Source: an uncultured Gammaproteobacteria bacterium
Lineage (GTDB): Bacteria; Patescibacteriota; Microgenomatia; UBA10105; UBA927
Length of the DNA: 64,000 nucleotides
Assembly (NCBI GenBank): GCA_964629685.1
Contig: CAZVTT010000001.1
Coordinates: forward strand, 769,319-833,318
Reading direction: 5' to 3'
A program made the translations under genes and the position numbers. The notes under the pieces were generated by a model. It made no database searches, had not been told where the DNA came from, and saw only the letters and a program-made list of their open reading frames with translations. Below, one piece after another: positions 49,990-58,608 of the stretch (within the stretch, counting starts at the first letter, position 1; the number at the start of each line of letters is the position of its first letter).

Positions 49990-51192
49990 CTTCATTTTTG
50001 TCAGAGTTTTCGAATATACACGATTCCACGTCGTATTTTTGGCGAAGAGGAAGGCTGATTTTTTCATACGATTATAAAGCCTGGGATGAGCACATAACTG
50101 CAGTATTCCGTCAGCAAAAGCTTCAGCGGTATCCTTTCGGATAATGCCGGCGTTTTTACTTACAAGTTCTTTACCCAAAGGTGGTACATCGGTAGTTATT
50201 ACGGGCAGGCCGCAACCGAGATAAAGTCTGATTTTTGAAGCATCTGCGTATCTCCGTAATGTTCCAGGAACATCCCTGTATGGAGCCAATCCTATCATGA
50301 AGTGTTTAATTTCTTCTGCTAACTTTGTCGTATCGGTGTATAGGCCGTGGAATAGTACATGACGTTGAACATTAAGTCTCCTGGCGTATCGCTGTAGCTC
50401 CTGCTCTCTTTTCCTTGGGCCGCCATAGAAATGGAGTTTAACATTCGGATATCTTTTCTTAACATACTGTAGAGCATGAATAGCAAGCTCAGGGCCGTTT
50501 TCATATCCAAGAGATCCGGCAAAAACCAACGTCAGCGGTTTAATATTCTTTGCGGATATAAAATGGATTTGCGAAGGAAATAGTCCGTTATGGACTACGA
50601 TTACCGGTTTGCAGCGTTCTCGGGAGAGACCAGCGGCTATTCTCGCCGGTAGCATTGCCGGCGAAAGGTCCCAAATGAAATCAGCGTGATAGCAGCAGAA
50701 TCTATCCAGGTATGTGTACACTCCATTCATAAAAACATTGTCATACCGTTTTGGAGAATAGTCTGATACGTAATAGACTACGGTTTCTATGATTCCAAAG
50801 TATTTCAGAATAATTCCGGCGAGGGTATATACACATTCCAGTCCTATAAATAATTCATATTTTTTCCGGGAACGCATCACATATTCAAATACCGAAAAGA
50901 AATCCCGAAATTTAAATATTGGTTGCGTCTGTGTGACACTATTATTTTTTGATTGTAACCATAGCTGTAACACCCGGCTTACGATAGAGGTCTGACGGCG
51001 TGTCCGTTGTACACCGGAGTATCTGTCAAAATATGTGAGGACTGTACTGCTTCCCGGATGCGTTCCGTCTAGTAAATCAATCTGGGAAGCCCGCTGACCA
51101 AAGAATGATATAAGCGGTTCTATCATTCCGTTAAGCGGAGTACGTTCACCGTTCTGCCAAAATGAGAATGTTGCAATAAGTACTCTTTTCAT
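49963..51192 (-). CDS. GT4 glycosyltransferase
   Basis: VVYYVSDY, FAGSLG, DASKIRLYLGCGLPVITTDVP; paralog of the GT4 at 31474. Confidence 0.82.
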   Translation of the reverse strand: MKRVLIATFSFWQNGERTPLNGMIEPLISFFGQRASQIDLLDGTHPGSSTVLTYFDRYSGVQRTRRQTSIVSRVLQLWLQSKNNSVTQTQPIFKFRDFFSVFEYVMRSRKKYELFIGLECVYTLAGIILKYFGIIETVVYYVSDYSPKRYDNVFMNGVYTYLDRFCCYHADFIWDLSPAMLPARIAAGLSRERCKPVIVVHNGLFPSQIHFISAKNIKPLTLVFAGSLGYENGPELAIHALQYVKKRYPNVKLHFYGGPRKREQELQRYARRLNVQRHVLFHGLYTDTTKLAEEIKHFMIGLAPYRDVPGTLRRYADASKIRLYLGCGLPVITTDVPPLGKELVSKNAGIIRKDTAEAFADGILQLCAHPRLYNRMKKSAFLFAKNTTWNRVYSKTLTKMKLNGWSGLL

Positions 51193-51221
51193 GCTCGAAG
51201 AACACAGTGGGCAAGGATGTG

Positions 51222-52358
51222 TTATCTGGGTTTGCTTCTGCTTATTTTTGTGGTGTTAAAAAAGGATTCGATTTTATCTGCTACCTGTTGCTGCTCTGAC
51301 TGGGTAATATGCGGGAAAAAGGGTAATGATACTATTTGTTTGGCCGCTTTTTCGGAAACAGGTAAGTCACCCCGTCTATATCCTAATTCCCTGTATGCCG
51401 GTTGAAGATGTATCGGCAGAGGATAATGAACAGCTGTATGTATACCTTGTGTCTCAAGATATGCTTGCAAAGCGTCACGTCTTGGTGTCTGTATTACATA
51501 TAAATAGTAAACGTGTTCCGCATCCGGGTGTGTGGCCGGAAGCGTAATGGGAAAGTGCCTCATGTTTTTGTTATACCATTCCGCCTTTGTTTTCCGTAGC
51601 GTATTCCACGCAGCCAGTTTTCTAAGTTTTACGGACAATATCGTTGCCTGCAGTGCATCAAGTCGGCTGTTGTATCCTTTTACGGGATGTTGATACCAAC
51701 CGGCTCTCCCCACGTTTCTCAGTATCGTAATTTGTTTAGCCAGATTTGCCTGCTTAACCGTTATTGCCCCGCCATCTCCGTACGCGCCCAGGTTTTTAGT
51801 CGGATAAAATGAATATACTACAGCGTCTGCGTAGTGCATGAGTGGTTTACCTCTAAATGTTGCTCCGTGAGATTGGCAGGCGTCCAATACAATTTTAAGT
51901 TTGTATCGTTTAGCCAGAGCAGCTATTTTATCAAGTTGTGGCGGTTGCCCATATAAACATACCGGGAGTATCGCCCGGGTTTTTTTGTTTATTTTCGCCT
52001 CAATAAGATCCTGATTCATATTCAGCGTATCCGGGTGTACATCAACAAAAACGGGAGTTGCTCCGGCATAACTAATCCCCAAGGCCGTTGCAATGAATGA
52101 ATGAGAGACGGTAATTACTTCATCTCCTGGACCGATACCAAGCGCTTTTAGTGCCATCAATAAGCCATCAGTTCCGTTGGCTATGCCAATTGCGTGAGAA
52201 CTGTGCGTTGCCTGTGCAAACTGTTTTTCAAATAGTTCAACCTGGGAACCGAGAATATAGCTTCCTTTACGCATGAGCGTAAGTACGTTCTTTTCTATCT
52301 CATTCTGCAGTTCAGCATGCTGCCTGGCAAGATCGACAAACGGTACATTTCGTTTCAT
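51222..52358 (-). CDS. DegT/DnrJ/EryC1/StrS PLP sugar aminotransferase (WbpE/GnnB/FdtB-like)
   Basis: NGTDGL, DACQSHGA, SFYPTKNLGAYGDGG, GYNSRLD.LQA, HYPLPIHLQPAY. Confidence 0.93.
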   Translation of the reverse strand: MKRNVPFVDLARQHAELQNEIEKNVLTLMRKGSYILGSQVELFEKQFAQATHSSHAIGIANGTDGLLMALKALGIGPGDEVITVSHSFIATALGISYAGATPVFVDVHPDTLNMNQDLIEAKINKKTRAILPVCLYGQPPQLDKIAALAKRYKLKIVLDACQSHGATFRGKPLMHYADAVVYSFYPTKNLGAYGDGGAITVKQANLAKQITILRNVGRAGWYQHPVKGYNSRLDALQATILSVKLRKLAAWNTLRKTKAEWYNKNMRHFPITLPATHPDAEHVYYLYVIQTPRRDALQAYLETQGIHTAVHYPLPIHLQPAYRELGYRRGDLPVSEKAAKQIVSLPFFPHITQSEQQQVADKIESFFNTTKISRSKPR

Positions 52359-52810
52359 AATATTTTTGCCGGATTTCCTGCAACGGTAGTGTTCGGCGCA
52401 ACATCCGAGACTACCACGCTACCAGCTCCTACCGTGGCATTTTCACCTATCGTTAGGCCGCACATAATGGTTGCGTTGGCTCCGATGGCCGCACCTTTTT
52501 TTACGGTGGTTTTTTCTACCGTCCAGTTGCTTTTCTGTTTAAGTTCTCCGTTATCCGTGGTAGCTCTGGGATTTCGGTCATTAATAAAACAGACATGTGG
52601 TCCGATAAAAACGTTATCCTCGATAGTGACACCTTCCGGTATAAATGCGAAGGCCTGAATTTTAACGTTATTTCCTATTTTCACATCCGGTTTAATTTCA
52701 ACAAAACTTCCTATCCGGCAATTGGAGCCGATAGTGCATCCATAAATATTTACCTGTTCCGGATGAAAAATAACCGTATCTTTCCCGATAATGGTATGCG
52801 GTCCTATCAT
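52355..52810 (-). CDS. LbH N-acetyltransferase (WbpD/WlbB/QdtC-like)
   Basis: VNIYGCTIG, IPEGVTIEDNVFIGP.V.F.ND..P, GANATI, VAGNPA. Confidence 0.9.
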   Translation of the reverse strand: MIGPHTIIGKDTVIFHPEQVNIYGCTIGSNCRIGSFVEIKPDVKIGNNVKIQAFAFIPEGVTIEDNVFIGPHVCFINDRNPRATTDNGELKQKSNWTVEKTTVKKGAAIGANATIMCGLTIGENATVGAGSVVVSDVAPNTTVAGNPAKIL

Positions 52811-52811
52811 T

Positions 52812-53822
52812 TTATTTAATGGAAATAAATTTCCCGTTACGTTTTAATGATTTTTCGGCTGCATCAAGTATCTCAATCACCCGTAATCCGGCATGACCGT
52901 CGGATCTGGGTTTGCGCTTCTTCCGGATAGAATCAACAAAATGTTTGCTCATGAAGTGCAGCGCTTCTATATCATCTAGCCTTGGAGAATACATATCTCC
53001 CACTCGATACTGAAACCGGCTGATGTTAATATCCTGCGCATTTTGTTCAAATGTAATGGCGCGGTCATACACTTTTATTTTTTCTATCGGTTCCATATCA
53101 TTGTACACTATCATTTTTTTCAAACCGGAAATCAAGGTCATCCGCAGCTTTACCGGTGCTAACCAATTTACGTGTATATGACTAATAAGATTATCGTCAA
53201 ACTTAACAGTGACATAAACGATATTTTCCAGGCCTTTTTTGATATGGGAGGAACCGACGGCAGATACGGCTATCGGTTTTTTGCCGATTATATAGTCCAT
53301 GATCGAAATGTCATGCGTTGCCAGATCCCACAACACGTTGGTCCGTTGCTGAAATAGTCCAAGATTTACACGGACAGAATCAAAATAACATAATTTTCCG
53401 AGTGTGTTTTTATCTACTATTTGTTTAATTTTTTGGACAGCAGCGGAGTATACAAACGTGTGATCAACCATCAGGGTAACATGGTTTTTTTCCGCCAAAT
53501 GTACCAATGATTTGGCTTCCTTAAGGGATGCCGCCATTGGTTTTTCCAGGAGGACATGTTTTCCCGCTTGAATTGCTTTTTTTCCGATCGGGAAATGCGT
53601 ATGCACTGGGGTTGCGATAACTACGGCCTGAATTTGTTTGTTTTTGATAATACTGTCGATTGACGTTACGGTCTCTATGGTGGGAAATGCATCTTTAACT
53701 GTTTTTAGTTTCTTTGCATCAATATCACAGACATGACTCACCAGCACACCGGGAAGTGAATAAAAATTTCTTACGAGGTTAGGCCCCCAATAACCACATC
53801 CTATGACGGCAATTTGTAACAT
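52812..53822 (-). CDS. Gfo/Idh/MocA NAD-dependent oxidoreductase (WbpB/WlbA/GnnA-like sugar 3-dehydrogenase)
   Basis: IGCGYWGPNLVRN, ATP, EKP, WDLATHD, VNWLAPVK. Confidence 0.9.
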   Translation of the reverse strand: MLQIAVIGCGYWGPNLVRNFYSLPGVLVSHVCDIDAKKLKTVKDAFPTIETVTSIDSIIKNKQIQAVVIATPVHTHFPIGKKAIQAGKHVLLEKPMAASLKEAKSLVHLAEKNHVTLMVDHTFVYSAAVQKIKQIVDKNTLGKLCYFDSVRVNLGLFQQRTNVLWDLATHDISIMDYIIGKKPIAVSAVGSSHIKKGLENIVYVTVKFDDNLISHIHVNWLAPVKLRMTLISGLKKMIVYNDMEPIEKIKVYDRAITFEQNAQDINISRFQYRVGDMYSPRLDDIEALHFMSKHFVDSIRKKRKPRSDGHAGLRVIEILDAAEKSLKRNGKFISIK

Positions 53823-53948
53823 ATTAGGTTTATCCCTTGACGTTATATCAGAAAACTACTACTCCGTTAAGTAGTGGGCAGCACATGGGGCAGGTATTGA
53901 CGGTTGGGTACATTTCGTATATACCTCGTCTATTGGTCAAAAAGCAAT

Positions 53949-54623
53949 ATGGAATTATCAGTAATCTTCCCTGTTCATAATGAAGCCGGTACAATTGAAA
54001 AAACAATAAGTAGGGCCGTAACCGTACTCAAGGAAGCAGGAATTTCCTGTGACATCATTTGTGTAGAAAACGGTTCGACGGATACGTCTGCACAAGTGTT
54101 GCAACAGATAGTGCGAAAATACCGAAATGTCCGTATGATCACTTCGGCAAAAGGGTGGGGGAATGCAGTAAAGCGGGGACTTTCGGAGGCAAAAGGAAAA
54201 TATTTATGTTACATGGTTTCGGATTATCAGGTAGATCCCCAACACATCGTTACGGTTTATAGGGAACTGATGAAAAATCCGGGTACACTTGTTAAAGTAA
54301 CCCGGATTACGCGTGAGAATAGACAGCGTCTGATTAATTCGCGGACATACAACATCTTCGCAAAATTATTATTCGGATTTTCTACAATAGATATAAACGC
54401 AACGCCAAAAGTGTTTGATCGTAAGCTCATTTCCGGATATACCTTTATATCCCCCAACATCGCATTCGATTTGGAGTTACTGAAGAAAGTTACCCACGAC
54501 GGTGTTAATGTTATAGATATACCAGTAAAAAGTCTGCGTCGGGATGCCGGGACATCTACTACAAATTGGAAATCAGTTTTGGAAATGGTGCGCTATATGC
54601 TTAGATTTCGAATATCGGTCTGA
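53949..54623 (+). CDS. GT2, DPM-synthase-like short glycosyltransferase
   Basis: PVHNE, ENGSTD, GWGNAV..G, DINATPK, FDLELL; the DxD position reads VSD. Confidence 0.8.
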   Translation: MELSVIFPVHNEAGTIEKTISRAVTVLKEAGISCDIICVENGSTDTSAQVLQQIVRKYRNVRMITSAKGWGNAVKRGLSEAKGKYLCYMVSDYQVDPQHIVTVYRELMKNPGTLVKVTRITRENRQRLINSRTYNIFAKLLFGFSTIDINATPKVFDRKLISGYTFISPNIAFDLELLKKVTHDGVNVIDIPVKSLRRDAGTSTTNWKSVLEMVRYMLRFRISV

Positions 54624-54632
54624 AAGTGCGAC

Positions 54633-54662
54633 TTGCTATTCTCCTGAAGATGATTTTATAAT
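54633..54662 (+). promoter_or_regulatory. sigma70-type promoter for the sulfotransferase-like/kinase/transketolase operon
   Basis: TTGCTA (54633-38), 18 nt spacer, TATAAT (54657-62), 9 nt, ATG 54672. Confidence 0.5.
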
Positions 54663-54671
54663 TCCCGTTAT

Positions 54672-55610
54672 ATGTCAAAATCAACATCACCGTCCAAGTT
54701 TCAACTGATCATGATATCCGCTATGTATGAAAATGGTGGAAACACCATTCATCGCCATCTTGATGGTCATCCTCAACTTTTTGCGTATCCTTTTGAATCT
54801 CAACCGGGAACATTCATGGTTGCGGATTGGATGACAAGTATGTTTCCGCAAAAATACCGCTGGCCTGAATTTGGTTTGGAAGGAAACGTAGAACGCGATT
54901 ACGAAGCGATTATTGATGAAGAATTTAAAGTACGGGTAAATACTCCGCACGTTTCCAAATTTCGGGATCTATCAGACATGGGGTGTACCAATAAAGACCG
55001 CAAGGATCTTTTTATAAAATTTATGAAAAACAAGCCGCGTACCCGCGGTAACTTAATGGAAGCGTTTTACCGATCAACTTTTGACGCGTGGACCACGTAT
55101 AACCGAACGGGAAAAGAAGTAGCGTATGTCGGATACAGTCCAATTATCGGTGTCGATACGGATAAAATAGTAGCGGATTATCCCAACGCGATTGTCTTAC
55201 ACATAGTCAGAAATCCGTATGCAGCATTTGCGGAAACGAAACGTCGTCCAGTTCCGTATGGTTTGGAGAAATATATCCGGATATGGAACTATATGCAGTT
55301 AACCGCCTTAAATTTTGCAAATGTATATCCGAAGAATTTGGTAATGGTTCGTTATGAAGATATGGTGGAAAATAAAGAAAAATTCTTCAAAGATTTGAGC
55401 AAAAAATTGGGCATCTCCTATAGTGATACCATGTTATACCCGTCCTGGAATGGGAGGAGATTAGATCACCAGTATCCGTGGGGTACCATAGAAATTCCGA
55501 CCAAAGAAGCGAATAAAGAAACGACGTACGAATTAACTAAGGATGAATTTTCCAGGGTAAAAGCACTGACAATGGTGCTCAATAAAGTCCTGGGATATGA
55601 TCATCTTTAA
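54672..55610 (+). CDS. sulfotransferase-fold (P-loop) protein with atypical PAPS-binding loops
   Basis: ISAMYENGGNT...LDGHPQL, LHIVRNP, VRYEDMVEN..LSKKLGI architecture typical of Sulfotransfer_3. Confidence 0.7.
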   Translation: MSKSTSPSKFQLIMISAMYENGGNTIHRHLDGHPQLFAYPFESQPGTFMVADWMTSMFPQKYRWPEFGLEGNVERDYEAIIDEEFKVRVNTPHVSKFRDLSDMGCTNKDRKDLFIKFMKNKPRTRGNLMEAFYRSTFDAWTTYNRTGKEVAYVGYSPIIGVDTDKIVADYPNAIVLHIVRNPYAAFAETKRRPVPYGLEKYIRIWNYMQLTALNFANVYPKNLVMVRYEDMVENKEKFFKDLSKKLGISYSDTMLYPSWNGRRLDHQYPWGTIEIPTKEANKETTYELTKDEFSRVKALTMVLNKVLGYDHL

Positions 55611-56709
55611 ACACAATCAACTTCCGGACGAGCGTGTGATTCACGCATATGATGGTGTGCGTAAGTCAATCTTTCTGACGAAAGCAGATTATGCTATTGA
55701 ACGCGATTCTCCGAAGTTCCCCGACATCAGCAAGCAGTTGGAACAAATTCTGATTAAATATACTGGTGCAAATGTACACGTAACCTCTGTAACCGTAGAG
55801 CCTCTGGGTACGTTTCATACGATTTATCGAGTTACTACACCGAATGAACGCTACGTCGTAAAGCTCAATGCGTTTCCCGATCAGTACCGGGAGCTGTCTT
55901 TCTTGTTGGAACATTGGGTAAATATTCAGTTGGAGCAAGCAGGAATAGTATATTGTCCTACCATTGCAACAGATGTTTCCAGATCGTTTATTAATACGGA
56001 TATTCTCGTTCAGCGTCTGATTCCGGGAGATACATTGTATAGTCTTGCGGCCGGAAAAGAATTACCACCGATCCTGTTGGCTGATGTCGGGTCACATATC
56101 GCCAAGGTACACAGGTTAAAATGTAAAGGCTTCGGTCAAATTTCTTTGCAGAGCCTTCTTGCAGAAGGTGTTGCACGGGGTCAGATGAATTCCTGGTTTG
56201 AGTACTTAGATACACGGTTTAGTGATCATATACAATTCTGTATTCATCAACAGATATTGAATGCAGATAGTTTATCAATCCTGCAATCTCTCAGCCAAAC
56301 CGTAAAACGGAAAATATCCGTCAGGCAAGGGTGTTTACTTCACGGAGATGTTGCAAACCACAATATTATTGCGGATGGTAATCATGTTTCGGCGGTTTTG
56401 GATTGGGAAGATGCAGTTATTGGCGATAGTCTATACGATGTCGCATACTGGGGAACTGCTTCGTTCGGTCACGATGGCTGGATTAAAGAATTCCACACTG
56501 GATACAATGCAATTACTCCCTTTTCAGCAACGGATAATCTGGCGTATTGGTTTTATTTTTTTCGGATATCACTCGCCAAAGCCGTCATCAGACATAAAGA
56601 ACAAAAAGATAGATCACTAACAATTGCCAGGTTAAAGCATAGTCTTTCCGTTCTCGATGGACTTCTTTATAATAGCCGAGTATTATCAGCATGTCTGAGT
56701 ACCGTATGA
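55597..56709 (+). CDS. APH/choline-kinase-like phosphotransferase
   Basis: YVVK, LLHGDVANHNII (HGDxxxxN), LDWED, GDSLYDVA. Confidence 0.85.
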   Translation: MIIFKHNQLPDERVIHAYDGVRKSIFLTKADYAIERDSPKFPDISKQLEQILIKYTGANVHVTSVTVEPLGTFHTIYRVTTPNERYVVKLNAFPDQYRELSFLLEHWVNIQLEQAGIVYCPTIATDVSRSFINTDILVQRLIPGDTLYSLAAGKELPPILLADVGSHIAKVHRLKCKGFGQISLQSLLAEGVARGQMNSWFEYLDTRFSDHIQFCIHQQILNADSLSILQSLSQTVKRKISVRQGCLLHGDVANHNIIADGNHVSAVLDWEDAVIGDSLYDVAYWGTASFGHDGWIKEFHTGYNAITPFSATDNLAYWFYFFRISLAKAVIRHKEQKDRSLTIARLKHSLSVLDGLLYNSRVLSACLSTV

Positions 56710-57677
56710 AACATAAAACTATTCTGATTACCGGTGGGTTGGGATTTATCGGAACTAACGTTATCCGTAGACTGCTTGCTAATACTCCCGATGATATCCT
56801 GATTTTTGATAAAATTACCTATGCCGGACGTGTTGATAATCTTCCTCAAGATAAAAAAACCCGGTCCAGAATACATTTCTATAAAGGGGATATAACCAAA
56901 AAAAGAAGTGTGTTTGCTGCCGTAAAGGAAGCGGATATCGTTGTTCATTTGGCCGCTGATACGCATACGTTCAGATCCTTAACGTATGCAGTCCCCACGG
57001 TTCTTACGAACGTATTGGGAACCGCGTTGTTACTCGAAGCGTCCAGAAAACATCCGGTGGAACGATTTATTCAAATATCCAGTTCCGAAGTATACGGTAA
57101 CTCTCTTCCTGATGTAGAGATGGATGAAAATCATCCGCTTAACCCGGTAAGTCCGTATGCCGCATCTAAGCTGGCAGCCGACCGACTGGCATATTCATTT
57201 TATCAGTCGCAGGGTGTGCCGACTACGGTATTACGTTTTTTTAATGCGTACGGTCCGTATCAGTTCCCGGAAAAAATGGTTCCGTTATTTATTACCCGTT
57301 TATTAAAAAAGCAACCGATTTCCCTAAATCACGGAGGTCGTCAGGTAAGGGACTGGGTTTTTGTGGAAGATCATGCAAAAGCCATTGAAACAATTATTAC
57401 GTCTCCTGCAGATTTAGTTGTAGGTGAAGTTTTTAACATAGGTACCGGTACTGCCACATCCATTCGCGAAGTTGCAGAATTAATTTGCCGTCAGTTAAAC
57501 TTAGGCAATGAATATATACGGATTGCCGAATCATCAAAAGTGGAAACAATGGGCAACGTGGGAATTTCGCGTAAGGTAAAACAGAAACTGGGTTGGGGTC
57601 CGCAAACGTCCCTTACGGAAGGGTTAAACCGAACTATTGATTGGTATAAAGAAAATCAGTCTTGGTGGGACAGGTAG
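56706..57677 (+). CDS. extended SDR NDP-sugar dehydratase/epimerase (RmlB-like)
   Basis: TGGLGFIG, DKITYAG, SSSEVYG, SPYAASK, NAYGPYQFPEK, RDWVFVEDH. Confidence 0.85.
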   Translation: MKHKTILITGGLGFIGTNVIRRLLANTPDDILIFDKITYAGRVDNLPQDKKTRSRIHFYKGDITKKRSVFAAVKEADIVVHLAADTHTFRSLTYAVPTVLTNVLGTALLLEASRKHPVERFIQISSSEVYGNSLPDVEMDENHPLNPVSPYAASKLAADRLAYSFYQSQGVPTTVLRFFNAYGPYQFPEKMVPLFITRLLKKQPISLNHGGRQVRDWVFVEDHAKAIETIITSPADLVVGEVFNIGTGTATSIREVAELICRQLNLGNEYIRIAESSKVETMGNVGISRKVKQKLGWGPQTSLTEGLNRTIDWYKENQSWWDR

Positions 57678-57678
57678 T

Positions 57679-58608
57679 ATGAGTCGTAAGCGTGTCGTGA
57701 TTACCGGTGGAGCTGGTTTTGTAGGTGCAAACCTTGCACGGAAGCTTCTGAAGAAATACGATGTTCATCTTATTACCCGCGAAAAAAGTAACTTGTGGCG
57801 ACTTACGGATATTTTAAACAATGTTACCATCCATCCCATCGGACTACATAATATTGACGCATTAGAACAGTTTTTTTTACGGATAAAGCCGGAGTATATT
57901 CTGCATACTGCTACATATGGCGCATATCCGTCGCAACAGAATACGGATGAATTATTTGAAGTAAATATTAAAGGAGTGTTAAACCTACTCACCGCATTGT
58001 CCGATATATCCTATTCCCGGTGTATTATTTTCGGTAGTTCATCCGAATACGGTAAGAAAGAAAAGCCGATGCGTGAAACGGATATTCTTGATCCTAATAA
58101 TATGTACGCCGTAACAAAAGCAACACAAACGCATCTGGCCCGGTACTATGCGCAGGTACATCAAAAGCCCATTACTATATTCAGATTATTTAATGTGTAT
58201 GGACCATACGAAGAAAAGGGGAGGTTAGTACGGAATGTCATAGAAGCGTCCCTAACCGGGGACACAGTCGCGCTAGCGACAGGAAAAGAGGCGCGTGATT
58301 TTATTTATGTTGACGATATTGCTAATGCTTGTGAAATGGCATTTACCTCTACACTATCTCCCGGGGAAATATTTAATATCGGTACGGGAGTACAAACGTC
58401 TATATATCAATTGGCAAAATTGGTGGTTAAATTGACCAGGAGTAAAAGCGTTATTGAACGGGGAGTATATCCGGGCAGACCGTGGGATTCATTTCATTGG
58501 AAAGCAGTTACAAAGAAAACGGATACTATCTTGCATTGGCAGAGTTCTACTGCTCTTGCAGCCGGCTTAACAAAAACTATTACCTGGTATAAAAAAAATC
58601 ATGAATAA
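57679..58608 (+). CDS. extended SDR NDP-sugar epimerase/reductase
   Basis: TGGAGFVGANL, GSSSEYG, YAVTK, RDFIYVDD. Confidence 0.85.
   Translation: MSRKRVVITGGAGFVGANLARKLLKKYDVHLITREKSNLWRLTDILNNVTIHPIGLHNIDALEQFFLRIKPEYILHTATYGAYPSQQNTDELFEVNIKGVLNLLTALSDISYSRCIIFGSSSEYGKKEKPMRETDILDPNNMYAVTKATQTHLARYYAQVHQKPITIFRLFNVYGPYEEKGRLVRNVIEASLTGDTVALATGKEARDFIYVDDIANACEMAFTSTLSPGEIFNIGTGVQTSIYQLAKLVVKLTRSKSVIERGVYPGRPWDSFHWKAVTKKTDTILHWQSSTALAAGLTKTITWYKKNHE

Noticed and set aside
51222-53822. GnnA/GnnB lipid A (diamino-glucose) pathway
   Set aside because: An N-acetyltransferase and a GT4 are in the cassette and no lpx genes are present; a glycan sugar fits better
53854-53876. ACTACT...AGTAGT inverted repeat in the divergent intergenic region
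   Set aside because: Only a 6-bp AT-rich stem with no U-tract; too weak to call a terminator or operator
56706-57677. Calling this gene rmlB/rfbB (dTDP-rhamnose pathway)
   Set aside because: It lacks the TDE catalytic Asp, and rmlA, rmlC and rmlD are not in the window
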